A stretch of DNA of 64,000 nt, from NCBI RefSeq assembly GCF_009914755.1, contig NC_060937.1; one strand, given 5' to 3'. Positions 40,997 through 54,190 of the stretch are shown here, in pieces. The notes beneath the pieces are model-generated. The model had not been told where the DNA came from, did not search any database, and worked only from the letters and a program-made list of their open reading frames with translations. Position numbers and translations under genes: made by a program. Numbering within the stretch: the first letter of the stretch is position 1; each line of letters begins with the position of its first letter. This DNA comes from the human T2T-CHM13v2.0 reference genome, Homo sapiens.

Positions 40997-41358
40997 ATGG
41001 CAGAGACCAGTTAGCTGTTGATAAAACTCACATCACTTTCCTTCTGAGGTCAGAGCTAGGCTCCATTTCTGTCTCTCTTGCAGATGAAGGTGGTAATATG
41101 ACAGAGCCATAGCTAATGACCGCTGATAGAATGTATTTATTAGTTCTGGGATGATCAGTAAAAACCTTTTCCTTCTCAATTGCCAGCTAATGTGACAAGA
41201 GAAATGTGAGCAGTGCTAGTTAAATTTCATTGTCAGCCTGAATTCACCACTCCCACCCCAATACCAATCATATTCTATGGGAGGCATAAATAAATGTTTC
41301 TTTTGTTAAATTATTGAGATATTGATTTTATTAGTTACAACAGCTCCTTAACCAATAA
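40997..41358 (+). mobile_element. MLT1J-type LTR
   Basis: tggcagagaccagttagctg start, ctctcttgcagatgaaggtgg core and aataaa...gttaaattattgagat...gttacaacagc end. Confidence 0.7.
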
Positions 41359-42687
41359 AGACCAACTTGAAACAACACCTTGCAGATGTATACATTTATG
41401 ATCCTCAAAGTTGTAGTTTCTTTCATATTTTACAGGAGCAGAAAAAAGTAAATACTTTTTTCCATTTTTTCTTTTCTGACATTTCATTACAATATGTTAC
41501 CTTTTAAGTAGATTATTTAATATATCTATTTTTACCAGAAAAAATATTATAATGAACTTATAATATATGATATACACTGTGATGCATTGCTTATTCTTAT
41601 AAGTATTATGTATTTTATATTAGTTGAAATAGAATTATTTACAAAATATTAATGTATATAGATTGTGCTGTGGAAAAAATGTTTTTTTTAATTTTTATGT
41701 CTTCAGTTATTGCAAACATTTTACAATGTCAAGTTTTTTTCTTTCTGATTTTGTTATCATTGTACATTATTGTCTATGGAGTTTGAAAAAATCCATTTGA
41801 GATGTTAATGTGTGCTTACTTCAATAGATCTGGTTATAAAGTTAGGCTTAGATAGCATTTAGACATGGAATAATTCATCCATTTTGTAGCACCTAACACT
41901 TGCTGCACACAGGATATAAATGGTCAGGTCAGTTTGTCTCCAGCTTGTATTCCATTTCTATGAGAGAATTAATGTAGCAAATGTAATGAATAAAGGTATT
42001 AAGTAAATTTAAGTGAAGTAAGTAGTTACTAATTTTAAGTAGTCACTCATTTTAAATGAAGTAAGTAGTTAGCCTTAGGAATCTATAGTGAATGGACTTG
42101 AACATTAGTTCTTAGATTAGTTTCATGATATTACTCGTCTACGTAAAGTAAGACTTTTATTCTTCAAAAATTTCAGAGATTTGAGATTTCCAATTAAAAA
42201 TCAAACCTGACAACTTATTTTTCACTTAAATTCCCAATTGTTTCTTATTAACTATTGGTAAGAAGTTGTTCCCAGACTTCTAAAAGTAATATATGTGTAG
42301 ATTTAAAAAAAAAAAATAGTTTTCTATGTGTTTTTCTAAACATTTTAATCTCCCATAAGAACATTAATGACAATATGTTCCAAAGGCCTTCTGCAATTAA
42401 GATAACTTGAAAAATAAATTTTTAGTAAAAAAAATGAAAATTTTAATAAAATTTTACCGTCAAATATGAATAATATGTTTTTAGAATAAAGACAATTTAT
42501 TATACAGAAACTATACATAAAAATAATTACTTAAATGTTCTATATTCTTCTCATTATATTACTTGTTATTAGAGTTTGATACCAGTATACCCATACCAGA
42601 TTAGTATTTGCAAAGATTGTATTAGAACACTAGATTGAAAAGCCAAAGAAAATACAATAAACTTACATAACATAATTTATACATTTA

Positions 42688-42990
<303 letters not shown>

Positions 42991-43647
42991 TTAGGTAATT
43001 AGTCCCTTTTGCTTTTTTAACTTTCACTGAAATAATATTTCCTTGAAAAATTGAAAAAATATTAATGTAATGGTTTTAAATTTTTTATAGTAAAAATTGT
43101 CTTGGGCTATTTATTCAATACTCTTCTTCCCAGAAGAAAAAATTGATTATGTGGGCTTTGGATGGTGCCTAGGTATTCATGGGTTAAAAAAGTAAGATAA
43201 ATTTTAATTATAAAAAAACTTGATGAGAGATACTGAAATCTAGTCCTATATTTCTGAAAATGGATTTTTACTATATTTAGAAATCACTCATAATTAAAAC
43301 GTCACTTAAAAATCAAGTGATATTAATTCAATGAAGAAAGGACAGCCTTTTCAATGAATGGTGCTTTAACACTTAGATATTAACAGGAAGAAAAACAAAA
43401 TGAAACAATATAAATCTGACACCTTATAAAAATATTAACTCAATATATCATGGGCTTATGCTAAAAATATAAAAATATTAAAATTTTTAGAAAAAAGTCA
43501 GAAAGTAAAATGACCTAGAGCTAGACAAGAGTTCTTAGACTTGACATCAAGAGTATGCGCCAATAAAGAAAAAATTAATAAACTAGACTTTATCAAAAGG
43601 AAACATTTTTGCTTTGTGAAAAGCCTCTTTAGAGGATGAAAAGACAG

Positions 43648-44234
43648 GTGATCTCATTTATATGCAAAATCTTAAAAAAGGTAGAATAAATAGAAATAGA
43701 TTAGAACTGTGGTTTACCATGAGTGGGAAAAAAGTGGGGGGGAAGGACATAGGCAAAAGTAGGTTACAGAATACAAATTTTCAGTTAGGTAAGATAAGTA
43801 AGTCTAGAAATCTAATGTACGGCATTAGGACTATAATTACCAATGGACTTCGCGGACTTGGGGGAAAGGGTGGGAGGTGGGTGAGGGATAAGAGACTACA
43901 AATTGGGTTCAGTGTATACTGCTTGGGTGATGGGTGCACCAAAATCTCACAAATCACCACTAAAGAACTTACTCATGTAACCAAACACCATCCGCTCCCC
44001 AAAAAAATCTATGAAAATAAATAAATGAATAATTTAAAAATAATGTTATTGTAATGAATACTGAAAATATGCTGACAGTAGATTTTAGGTGCTTTTAACA
44101 CACATACATATGCACACAATAACTATAAAAGATGACAGATATGTAAATTTGACTGTAGCATTTTCCTATATCTGTCCATAGCAATATACAATGTTGTATA
44201 CCTCAAATATACTCAATAAAATAAATCTAAAAGA
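43648..44234 (+). mobile_element. L1MA8/9-type 3'UTR fragment, split by L1PB1
   Basis: tgatctcatttatatg...aagtctagaaatctaatgtacggcattaggactata, resuming gctgacagtagattttaggtgc...atgttgtatacctcaaatatac. Confidence 0.8.
43841..44035 (+). mobile_element. L1PB1 3' end
   Basis: gactacaaattgggttcagtgtatactgcttgggtgatgggtgcaccaaaatctcacaaatcaccactaaagaacttactcatgtaacc followed by an A-rich tail. Confidence 0.92.
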
Positions 44235-46512
44235 AGACATTGGGAATAAATATCTGAAAACCAGATACTTGACAAACAACTAGTAATCCAGAAGATATAA
44301 AGAATTCTCAAAACTGAACAGTGAAAACATAAGCAAAACACTAAGAAAAAAGGAAAAATTATAAACGTATATTTTACCAAAGTGGATATATAAGTGGCAA
44401 AGCAAACAACTCCATGAAAAAAATATCCAACGTTGTTAGCCATAAAGGAAATAAAAAGTAAAATTCCAGTGAGATAACAATACACACTTACAACAATGCC
44501 TAAAATAAAAATAGTGACAACATCAAATGCTGGGGAGGATGGAGAGAAACTGAGTTGATTCTACATTGCTGATGGCAACATAAAATAGTGCAGCTACTCT
44601 GCAAAACAGTCTAAAAATTCGTTGTCAACTTAAACATGCAACAACCACACAACCTAGCAATTGCACTCCTTGGCATTTTTCCAAAGAAATGAAAACTTAC
44701 GTTCACACACACAAAAAATGTACAGAAATGTTCATAGCAGAAAAAAACAAAGATGTCCTACAACAGATAAAGAGTTACAAAAACTATAATATCTACGTTA
44801 TGTAATAGTCCTCAACAATAAAAATTAATAAACTGTTAATATACATAATGAATGAATTTTCAGATTACACTGAATGAAAACAGCCAATCCCAAGCGTTGC
44901 TCACTAATACTAATAATAATATAATATATCTGCATATGTATAGTATTATTAAAATTGTAGTAATATACCAATGGGATGTAGATTTCCAAGTGTCAGGAAT
45001 GGAGGGAGAGTGAAGTTGTTGTGGCTATAAAAAGGCAATACAATAGCTCTTTCCACAATAGATTATCAGACTGTTGAGCACTGACTGTATCAATGTCAAT
45101 ACCCTCGTTGTGATACTGTACTACAGTTTTAAAAAATGTTTCCCTTGGGGGAAACGGTGTGAAGGGTAGCCAAGATATCTCTGTATTAGATGTGGTATAT
45201 GTTTTATATACAGTATGTATGTAATATATGTTATATATATAAGATATGTAATATCTTTCAAATTATGCATAACAATCTAAATTTCTCATTATTCTTTGAG
45301 ACACTTGTTTGCAATATTTACAGCTTTACTTATTTAAAATAGTATCAATATGAATTAAGAACTGGCTTGTAAGTAATAAGAAAAAATTATTTCACTTTCA
45401 TTCATTGTTTTTATAATTAGTGTAGTGATTTTAATTTTGCATAGAGGACAGCTGTTTTAATCTCAGGTAGACATTTGACTGTGGTAGAAGAACAGGGATA
45501 GGAAGAAAACTATGACCTCCATTGGAAGCAGTGGATTTAATAATTAATGACCCAAGGGAAGCAAACATGAGTTATTAAATGTAACTACACTTTATCACGA
45601 TAGTGTTTGAATTCATGACTGGAATGTGCGGAACACCTAAAAAGATTATTATTTTCCACTTATTAGTAAATTGTTGACAAAAGAAGAAAGGCAACAGTTA
45701 CTTGAGCTCCAGGAATAATATCATAACTTTATCCCTTTTATCTCATTTAGTAACCAATACATTCTATATTTTGGGTATTATTATTTTCAAGTGAATATTG
45801 AAGATTCTTCATGATCAATAAATTTCCTGAAACCCCCAGTCAATAAGTGAGAGAGCTAGAATTGAAGCACAGGTGACAATGATTCTAAAGCATGCATTCA
45901 TTCCATTTTATAACAGGATAGTCCCTGAAATGTTTAAGGGTGATTGGCTCATACTTACCGGGAATAATCAAAAGAAAATGTATGCATAGGAAATGAAATT
46001 GGACTACATGCTTTTTAGCTCTAATTTTTCGCTGAGATTGAAGGGTATGATAGTATAGGTAAGTTATTTGCCACAGACATATTAAGTTTTTCACAATGAG
46101 TATCAATAGAAATATTATACATTTGTTCCTCCTATAATAGGAAAGATTATATTTCACGTAGGGCAAATACATGGTGTTTTGAGAATTTACATTAATTTTA
46201 GATATTAAAAGCATTTAAGATTTTTATAGGAAAAACATGAAAATTGTTGAAGGGGATTATTAATGCCTGCAAGGACACTTAAATATTTTCTATTCCTAAG
46301 TATGATATGGATATGTATTGCATATATACATATATTACATGAACATATTGTAATATAACATATAAACTTATATAAGATATAAATATGCATCATATAGCTA
46401 ATATAAATATAACACAGCATGTGAATACGTTATATAACTTAAATAGTTATATACTTATATAAGGATAACTTATACATACATAATAGGTATTTTATATGAT
46501 ACATATATGAGG

Positions 46513-46841
46513 TATCTGCTGGAGCTGCTATTGCAAAATACCATAAATTGGTTGGCTTATAACCAAAAAACATTGATTTCTTAAGTTCTGGAGGCTGAGA
46601 AATCCAACATCGAAGTGCTGGCAGATTCAGTGTCTAATGAGTGCCTATTCCTCAATAGCACCTTCTCGCTGTGTTCTCACATGGTGGAATGGACTAGCTA
46701 GCTCTCCTGCGTCTCTTTTATAAAGTCATTAATCCAATTCATGAAGGCTGCACTTCCCCAAAGGTCTTACTTTCTGAAATCATTACTTTGGAGATTAGGA
46801 TTTCAATATATAAATTTGGGAGGGACAGTCAGACCACAGCA
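46513..46841 (-). mobile_element. MLT1A-type LTR
   Basis: gctgctattgcaaaataccataaattggttggcttataa...gttctggaggctgagaaatccaa...cagaccacagca. Confidence 0.85.
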
Positions 46842-47630
46842 CGATAGCAAGGGACAATTGCATACCAAAGAACATTAGAAGCATTGTAGGAAACATAGTT
46901 TAACTCTCAGATATAAGGCTTATATTTAATAGCTCTATTATTAAGTGGACGGGTCTTGAAAGAAATTGATAATTTTTGTCACAGAAAAGGCTGCAAGAGT
47001 TACAGAGATTTTTCAGGGATGAATAATGAATGAGTACATGTATCTATATTTACATCTGTATCTCTATCTGATTTAGTGTGCTTAGGATGGGGCCTGTTAA
47101 TTTAGGAGTTAAACAAGTTATGTGTAAATTAATAGGTTTGAGGATTTTACAATGTGAATGTACAAGCACAGTCCATAACCACAACATAACTTTTGCTCTC
47201 TTCTATTTACTGCTTCCTTATGTAAAATTTACTAGTTGAGTGGAATGAAACTATGCCATTTAATTTGAAAAGTTTCAAAAAAGGAATTTTTCTGAAGAGG
47301 TGCACATTTTTAACTGCTGAGAATGCTGAGAGCAGGTGGAGTTCAAGAATGGCAGTCCAATACAAAGTCTGGGTAAGGGAATATTGAGTCTGCTGTGGTC
47401 CTGAGATAAAACATTCAGGAAAATTAGCAGCTTAATGGATGGGGTATAAAGGCGAAGAAAGATAATTAAATCATATTTTTACGCAGAAAATCTGTATTTT
47501 CATTACTGACTTCTTGCTTTGCATATATATGACTTTTAGTTGGAGCTGGTATCTAAAATATGAACCTTATTTTCAACCTTTAATTCTTAAGAAATATTTG
47601 AATAATGACAGAAAGTGAGGTAAATGTTTA

Positions 47631-48037
<407 letters not shown>

Positions 48038-49800
48038 TTAGCCACTTTTACAGACCAAACTCTTATAGAACTGTATGCAGTAGGTTACCATGTTTCTTAT
48101 CCATTGACAAGTCTTAGCTTTCAGCAATGTCCTCATTTTATTGACACTAACCAGGAAAGACACACACCATCAGTCTAGTTGTACACTTATCAGTAAATAT
48201 TTCATAGTTCTGATGCTGATCTTTTTTTTTCTATTTCTGTTTTAGCATTAATTCCTATCTTGCTGCTTTTTGACACAAAAGGCTATCCTGGAATGCAAAG
48301 CACACATAGTGAAATTATTGTCATAGCTTATGCGTTAGTTTTCTAAAAAGTAAAAACGAGCTTCTTTTAAAACTCCAAACCTAAAATATTTATATATCTT
48401 TTAATTTAGTCAAAAAATTCTAAATATTTCACTATATTTTAACCTCTGTTTGTAGGTGTTGTACACACTGTTACTGGTTATATTGAAGTATCGTTTTGTA
48501 ATCTCAAAAAGCAACTGGGTTACAAATAGTTACTAATGTAAATTATGAAAATTACAAATCATGAATCACAAGAGATGTGTTTTCTTTGCCTTATGTAGAC
48601 ATTTTAGCTAAGCAAAAATAACCGCTAAATTTTCTAGTTTGTGTCCCTAATTTATTTCACCTTCAGTTTTTTAGTAGTTAAGTTCAAGTTTAATCCAGGG
48701 TATCTGATTTTAACTTTATGAAATTTTCTTAACACTAACACATCAAATATCTCTTGGCACTCACTGTTCTCTACTACCAATCTAATTATTCAATACCACT
48801 AGCATAATCCCCAACACTACCACCAGCATTATCATCATTGAAGTACAAACCTACATATATACTGCACAACAAAGATACAATATTCCTTATGGGAGGGTTA
48901 ATCTAAAAGCAATGACATTGATAAGTTATTGGTGAGGATTTACAATCTCAGATTTAAAATTATATTTTCTGATACGTTTTATCTTTGGTAAAGCTAATTA
49001 TTTGCTTTTTATTTATTTTTCTTCTATTACAATTTGTTTTAAATTCAGATGGAGAAGAAAAAGGTAATTTTATTCAGCCCCTAACATCACAGTATTGTGA
49101 AAATAAATGTTTAATTAAATGCCAGATTATTAGTGTATATTCACGTATAATTAGTTATAAATTTAAATAGAAAATTGTATAATTATAACATTGAAACAAC
49201 TATTCAGTAAATATTTGCCTTAATTTAAATATTACCTTAATTATTCTTAAAATGAATTGAATGACTTAATACAAAAATATTTAATATTAATGTAATATTA
49301 ATTTAAATAAAATATTTTTCCTAAAACTGATTTTTATTCTAATTTGTGATATACGAACCTCTTATTTATTTTAGCATAAAATTACCTTTAAAGATTTTAT
49401 AGTTCTATACTATTACACTTGGTGTCATTCTCTGGAAAGTAAGTTCATTTGTTCTTTTTATCAGTAAATTATACTTCTAACTATTAAATATTTTATACTG
49501 AAAATCATATGCTATAATGTTTTTTCAATACTTTCATAGCAAAGTTTTGTGACTACATCATAGTTATTAAACAATAAAAGTGAAGAGATTAAAAATATAT
49601 CTCAATTTATCTTATAATCCAATCTAAGTAAATAAGATTTGCTTGACAGCCGGTGTTGAAAGAGAATTCTTGAGAGAGAAACTGACTTCTTTGCTGTTCT
49701 GAACAACTGCACTTGTAAGTGTGGGACATGCCCCTAAACTTTCTGATTTCTTTTACAAACTCCAAAAATTTTATATCTGGCCAAACTTAATCTTGTCCAA

Positions 49801-49983
49801 GGATCGTAATAGCCAGCAGGGGAGAGGGGGTGGCTCCTACTCCCCATATCTCAGGGGGTGCCTCACCCCCCTGCGATGTGGGTCGTAATAGCCGGGGGAG
49901 GCCCCCCCTTGATATGGGGAGTAAGAGCCACCCCCTCTCCCACCCTGCCTATTAGGATCCACATCGCTGTGGGGTGAGACACC
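49801..49983. repeat. SATR1/SATR2-like satellite fragment in inverted arrangement
   Basis: GC-rich island with cacccccctgcgatgtgg and gatatggggagtaagagccaccccctctccc motifs, as recalled for SATR; arms 49801-49858 and 49902-49960 are near reverse complements. Confidence 0.8.
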
Positions 49984-50914
49984 AAACTCATTTCAATAGA
50001 GTGCCAAACTTTTTTTTCACACAAGTATGATTATGTTAAATTTCAATTACTGTAATATATTTTGTTTTGTATCCAATCCTTTCCTCCAACTTTCTGTGCT
50101 TTTCTTATTCTTTTTTTAAGATTTCTGTTCTCAAATAAATGAAAATACTTACTATTTTCAAATTGATAGACATATGGCTGAAGTAGACACATTTAATGCA
50201 CACATTTTATAATTAGATATAAATTTATTAAAAAATATTTACTTGTATATCAACTTTATTTTATTGGATCTTCTGACAATATTCTAGTAACTATGAAATT
50301 TTAAATCATGACTACATTTTAAGTTGTGAAATTTTAAACCATGACTAAATTTTAGCAAGTTATCAAACATATTCCAAATGTGAGATATATTTTTATTAAG
50401 TTGAAAATTTGGGAAACTTTTTTACATATTCTATTTTCAAAGCTTCTCTCCAAATACTTTATAATTGGATAACATCTTCAACAGAAATCCCACAGACATA
50501 CAGTGAAATTACCACTTTAGGATTGAAGCATGAGGGATGAGAAGATTAATCGCTCCAAAAAATAGTAATCATGCTATAATTCAGAATTTGTAAATGTTCA
50601 CAGTATGTTTTGACAATATTAACTTACACTTAGGAATTCCTAGAAAAAAATACAGTAATCCACCTACAGCAGAATACTAATTGTTTCCTTCTTTCATGTA
50701 GTATTGGTCAGGGAAGCATCCTATGTTGTTAAGGATATTTAACATACCTTTGTCCAAGAAAACATGTATGTCTACATGAATTAGGAAGTGCACAGGAAAT
50801 GGAAATCCAGAAGATAGAAGATAGCAATCAATAGCAAAAAGAAAAAATATTAATCATGGAAATTGGATTGAAATTGGCTGTGAATCAGACATTAAGAATA
50901 ATATGTGACTAAAT

Positions 50915-51015
50915 GTATGAATGCATGGATTCATAGATACATCAATGGGTACATGAATGGCTAAATGATTGGAAGGATAGATACATGAATGGATAGATGG
51001 ATTCATGAATAGATA
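50915..51015. repeat. Degenerate (GAAT/GGAT/AGAT)n repeat
   Basis: atgaatgcatggat...atgaatggatagatggattcatgaatagat. Confidence 0.7.
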
Positions 51016-51464
51016 AAAGCTTTCACTAGTGCTAATCAAACATTTTGTGTGAGCAATAGCGAGTGACAATCCCAGGAAAATAATGTACCTGCAATTTCCT
51101 TGGCTTCAGCATTGTCTGTATAAAGCCCCTTTAAGAAGGAATTGAGCTATTCAGAGAGAAAGATTAGCAGTCATGGCATTAAAGACCTTCATACTTAGTA
51201 ACCTCGCTGGTTTCTCATACTATCTTCCTAGTTTGCTCTGATTAAGACTTGGAAGCCAGAAGATAGAAATCTGGAAAAAAAATTCCAGTGTGAATATTAT
51301 GGGTAAGATTCAATATTCTAACCAGGCCCTGGCTTTACTACATCTTTCTAGTCTAAACCAGTTTTTAAAATTACTAAGAACTGACTTTATTTTTAGAATG
51401 TTCTGTTAAATTCAAAGAGGTGTGTGTGGTAGAGAGAGAGATTCTAGGATTTTAGTCTTAAGAG

Positions 51465-51600
51465 CTTAGTCAGGTCTTTTCAAATTTCAAGTGTGTGAAA
51501 ATTTTGGGGGTGCTTACTAAAATCAATATATTTCAAATTTATCCCTGAAAATACTGATTGACTCAATACTTCAGAGGATAATCCTAAAAATATTTATCGA
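51465..51600. mobile_element. MER5-type fragment
   Basis: tttcaaatttcaagtgtgtg...gggggtgcttactaaaat...tactgatt resembles a decayed MER5. Confidence 0.4.
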
Positions 51601-51779
51601 TCTATAACCTTCATTGCTGTGGCATATGTTATATATTTGGCTTTAAAAATCTAAAGCTGGAAGTAAATTAAAACAGATATGTCACCTTTTATGTTATATA
51701 GATATCATAATATTACAACACATATATGTTAATATTTAATTTATATATATACATATAATTTAAAGGGTTATCTTAGGGG

Positions 51780-52050
51780 TAAGACAGCTTCCTGTTGTGG
51801 ATAGAATAGAGAGGGAAGGCCTCTCTCCTAAAGCATAGTTTGGAGAAATCTGAAGTAAGCAAGACAGAAAATTATGTTAATAACGGAAGGAAAAGTTTTT
51901 AAGATGGAAGAAAGTCTTTGACAAAGGAGAGGGTTTTTAGAATTTCTAAGAAGACTCTAAGTCAGCAGACAGGCAAACCAGAGTCTGCACCAGTCTCTAG
52001 AATTTTTAAGCATTGACTTTATTTTTAGTATATTCTATTAAAGTCAAACA
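51780..52050 (-). mobile_element. L2 fragment
   Basis: agggaaggcctctctc...tttggagaaatctgaag resembles the antisense L2 3' region. Confidence 0.5.
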
Positions 52051-53029
52051 AGTGGGGGAGTGTGTGTGTGTAAACATATGTATACATACACACATATACA
52101 TACATGTACACACACAATGTATGTGCATTTGATATTACATATCTTCAGAGGAGAAGGTAGTACCTCACACAGATCGAATTCAATAAGTAGGTATGAGAGG
52201 GAAGTGGATGAATGCATGAATAAATGAATTTAATGTTAAACATAATTTTTTCCAAGTAATCTTATCAGAACTAAGTACAAGCAGAAATTTCTTATTGATA
52301 GGAAATGGTATTATCTATTAATATAAGATGAGTGACAGTTTATTTAGACATATACCACACTGTTAGATCATAGTAAAAGTGTGCTTAAATAAGGCATTCT
52401 GATATTAGTTTCACAAAATTGTTTTTCCCATCTATGTACACTTTTCAGATGAATAAATTTAGTTTTAAAAACAAAGCAGCTATTTTTGACTTGTAAAAAA
52501 CTATTATTTTTTTCATTTTCTACTTTAAATTTAAATCTCATTGAAATGACTTTACTAATTCATCCTGACTCTTTAGTAGTTTTTCCTGCATGTTTCATGG
52601 TGATTCTCAATTTAATGTTTCAGAATTTTTCAGAGTCATAAAGATAGTATGCGGTATATTTATATTTCATCCTTCCAATAGTTAGTTAACATAATTAATT
52701 CAATTATAAGGAGCCTATGCAGGCTAAGTAAAATCTTGAGGATTTTTACTTTAGGTTACAATTTTATAAAGTCAGTGAATTTAGATCGCTTAAATTAAAG
52801 AAAGCTCTCCTTGAACATGACAATTATTTGTAATTTATACAATTAAGAAAATATTAACTGATGTGGATTCTCATAAATAAGAAATGTTTTATTTATTACA
52901 CATGATAGAAATTAATACAATGCATCTTTAAATAAATAACATTTTCAAATCTGAAACCATTTCAACTAATATTAGTCAATGTCTTGGAGAATGGCTCCAC
53001 AATCCACTCAGAATACATATAAGTCTATG

Positions 53030-53812
53030 CAATAATTCAGCAAAACTTTCAGGGTTGCCTCAAAATACATGCGGAATCCAAGCATTTATTACCACCTCCA
53101 TAGCTAAGTCCTAGTGCACGGCACATCAGATGAAAGAAAAGTGTACGTAAATGGTGTATTTGCCTCCTTTCTCAGCTTACTACAGTCTATTCTCAATTCA
53201 GCATCAGAATACTTTTTTGAAAACAAAGAAAGTCATATTTTGATCTTCTCTGCTGAAATATGCCTTTGAATTTCCAACTTACTTAAAATAATATCCATAT
53301 TCTGTAGCATGGTCTTTAAAGTCTGATATGATCTTACATCCCACTACCTTTTTTACCTTAATCTCAAATCATGTCACATCTAGTTTGCTTAACTACTAAC
53401 TTAGTCTCCTGGAGGTTTGAGAAGCCCTTTCCTGCCTCAGAAACTTTGCAGTTGATATCCTCTCTGTCTTAAAAATGTGTTCGGTTATGAACATAATTTT
53501 CTCACTTACTTTCTTTAGGTTTCTCCCAAAATATGCATTAGGAGTAAGCCCTTCCCTCTCTGCCTAACCACAAGAGGAAGCTCCTTTATCCCAAGACACC
53601 GTAACTCACTTCCTCTACATTTTCTTCATAGCATTTATCACCATCTTACATAGTATGTGTTAGCTTATTCTTTATTTTTGTTTTCTTCCATAGTGAGAAA
53701 ATATGTTTCTTGAGAGAAAGGGCTTTGTCTTATTCACTGCTTTTTCTCCAGGACACAGAACAGAACATGACATACAGAATAAATGATTTAGTAAAAATAA
53801 ATAAATAAATAA
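53030..53812 (+). mobile_element. L2a 3' portion
   Basis: tacagtctattctcaattcagcatcaga, tcctgcctcagaaactttgca and tttgtcttattcactgctttttctccaggacacagaacag, then an (AATA)n tail. Confidence 0.85.
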
Positions 53813-53859
53813 AATCACTGATTTAATGCATAATGCATAATTTTTTACCACTGTTAATT

Positions 53860-54190
53860 TATTAAACATTGACACCATCTTTTCTCTTAACTTCCATGAT
53901 GGTACATCTTTTGATTTTTTTTTAATAACGTCTTTGTCAGCTCAAATTCTTTTTTCAAAACCTGTATCGATTGTTTTACCATGTTATATGCTGTGTTTCT
54001 ATCTTATCTGTAAGAAAGCTGTTTTATACAATGACCTTTAATTTTCTTATAAACCAATAACTGAAATCTATATCACAAATTAGACTTCTTTTATGAGGTT
54101 CAGAAACATATTTTTATCTGTTCATTTATCACCTCTACTTGCAAGTTTATGAAGATATATCAAAATTAACAAGAAAACAAATATATAATT
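53860..54190 (+). mobile_element. L2 internal fragment
   Basis: tctcttaacttccatga and aaatctatatcacaaattagacttc...atcacctctacttg resemble the L2 body. Confidence 0.5.

Larger units (their letters stand above)
43320..45190 (+). mobile_element. L1MD-type 3' fragment, split at 43648-44234
   Basis: ORF2 3' sequence breaks at aggatgaaaagaca and resumes at ttgggaataaatatctgaaaacc; ends gactgtatcaatgtcaataccctcgttgtgatactgtactacagtttt (L1MD1/2-type). Confidence 0.82.

Noticed and set aside
43662-44024. 120-aa plus-strand ORF
   Set aside because: A chimera of L1MA and L1PB1 3'UTR sequence, not a gene.
49811-49830. CTCF-like motif ccagcaggggaga in the satellite island
   Set aside because: Lacks the conserved GGC at the 3' end of the core; not supportable from sequence alone.
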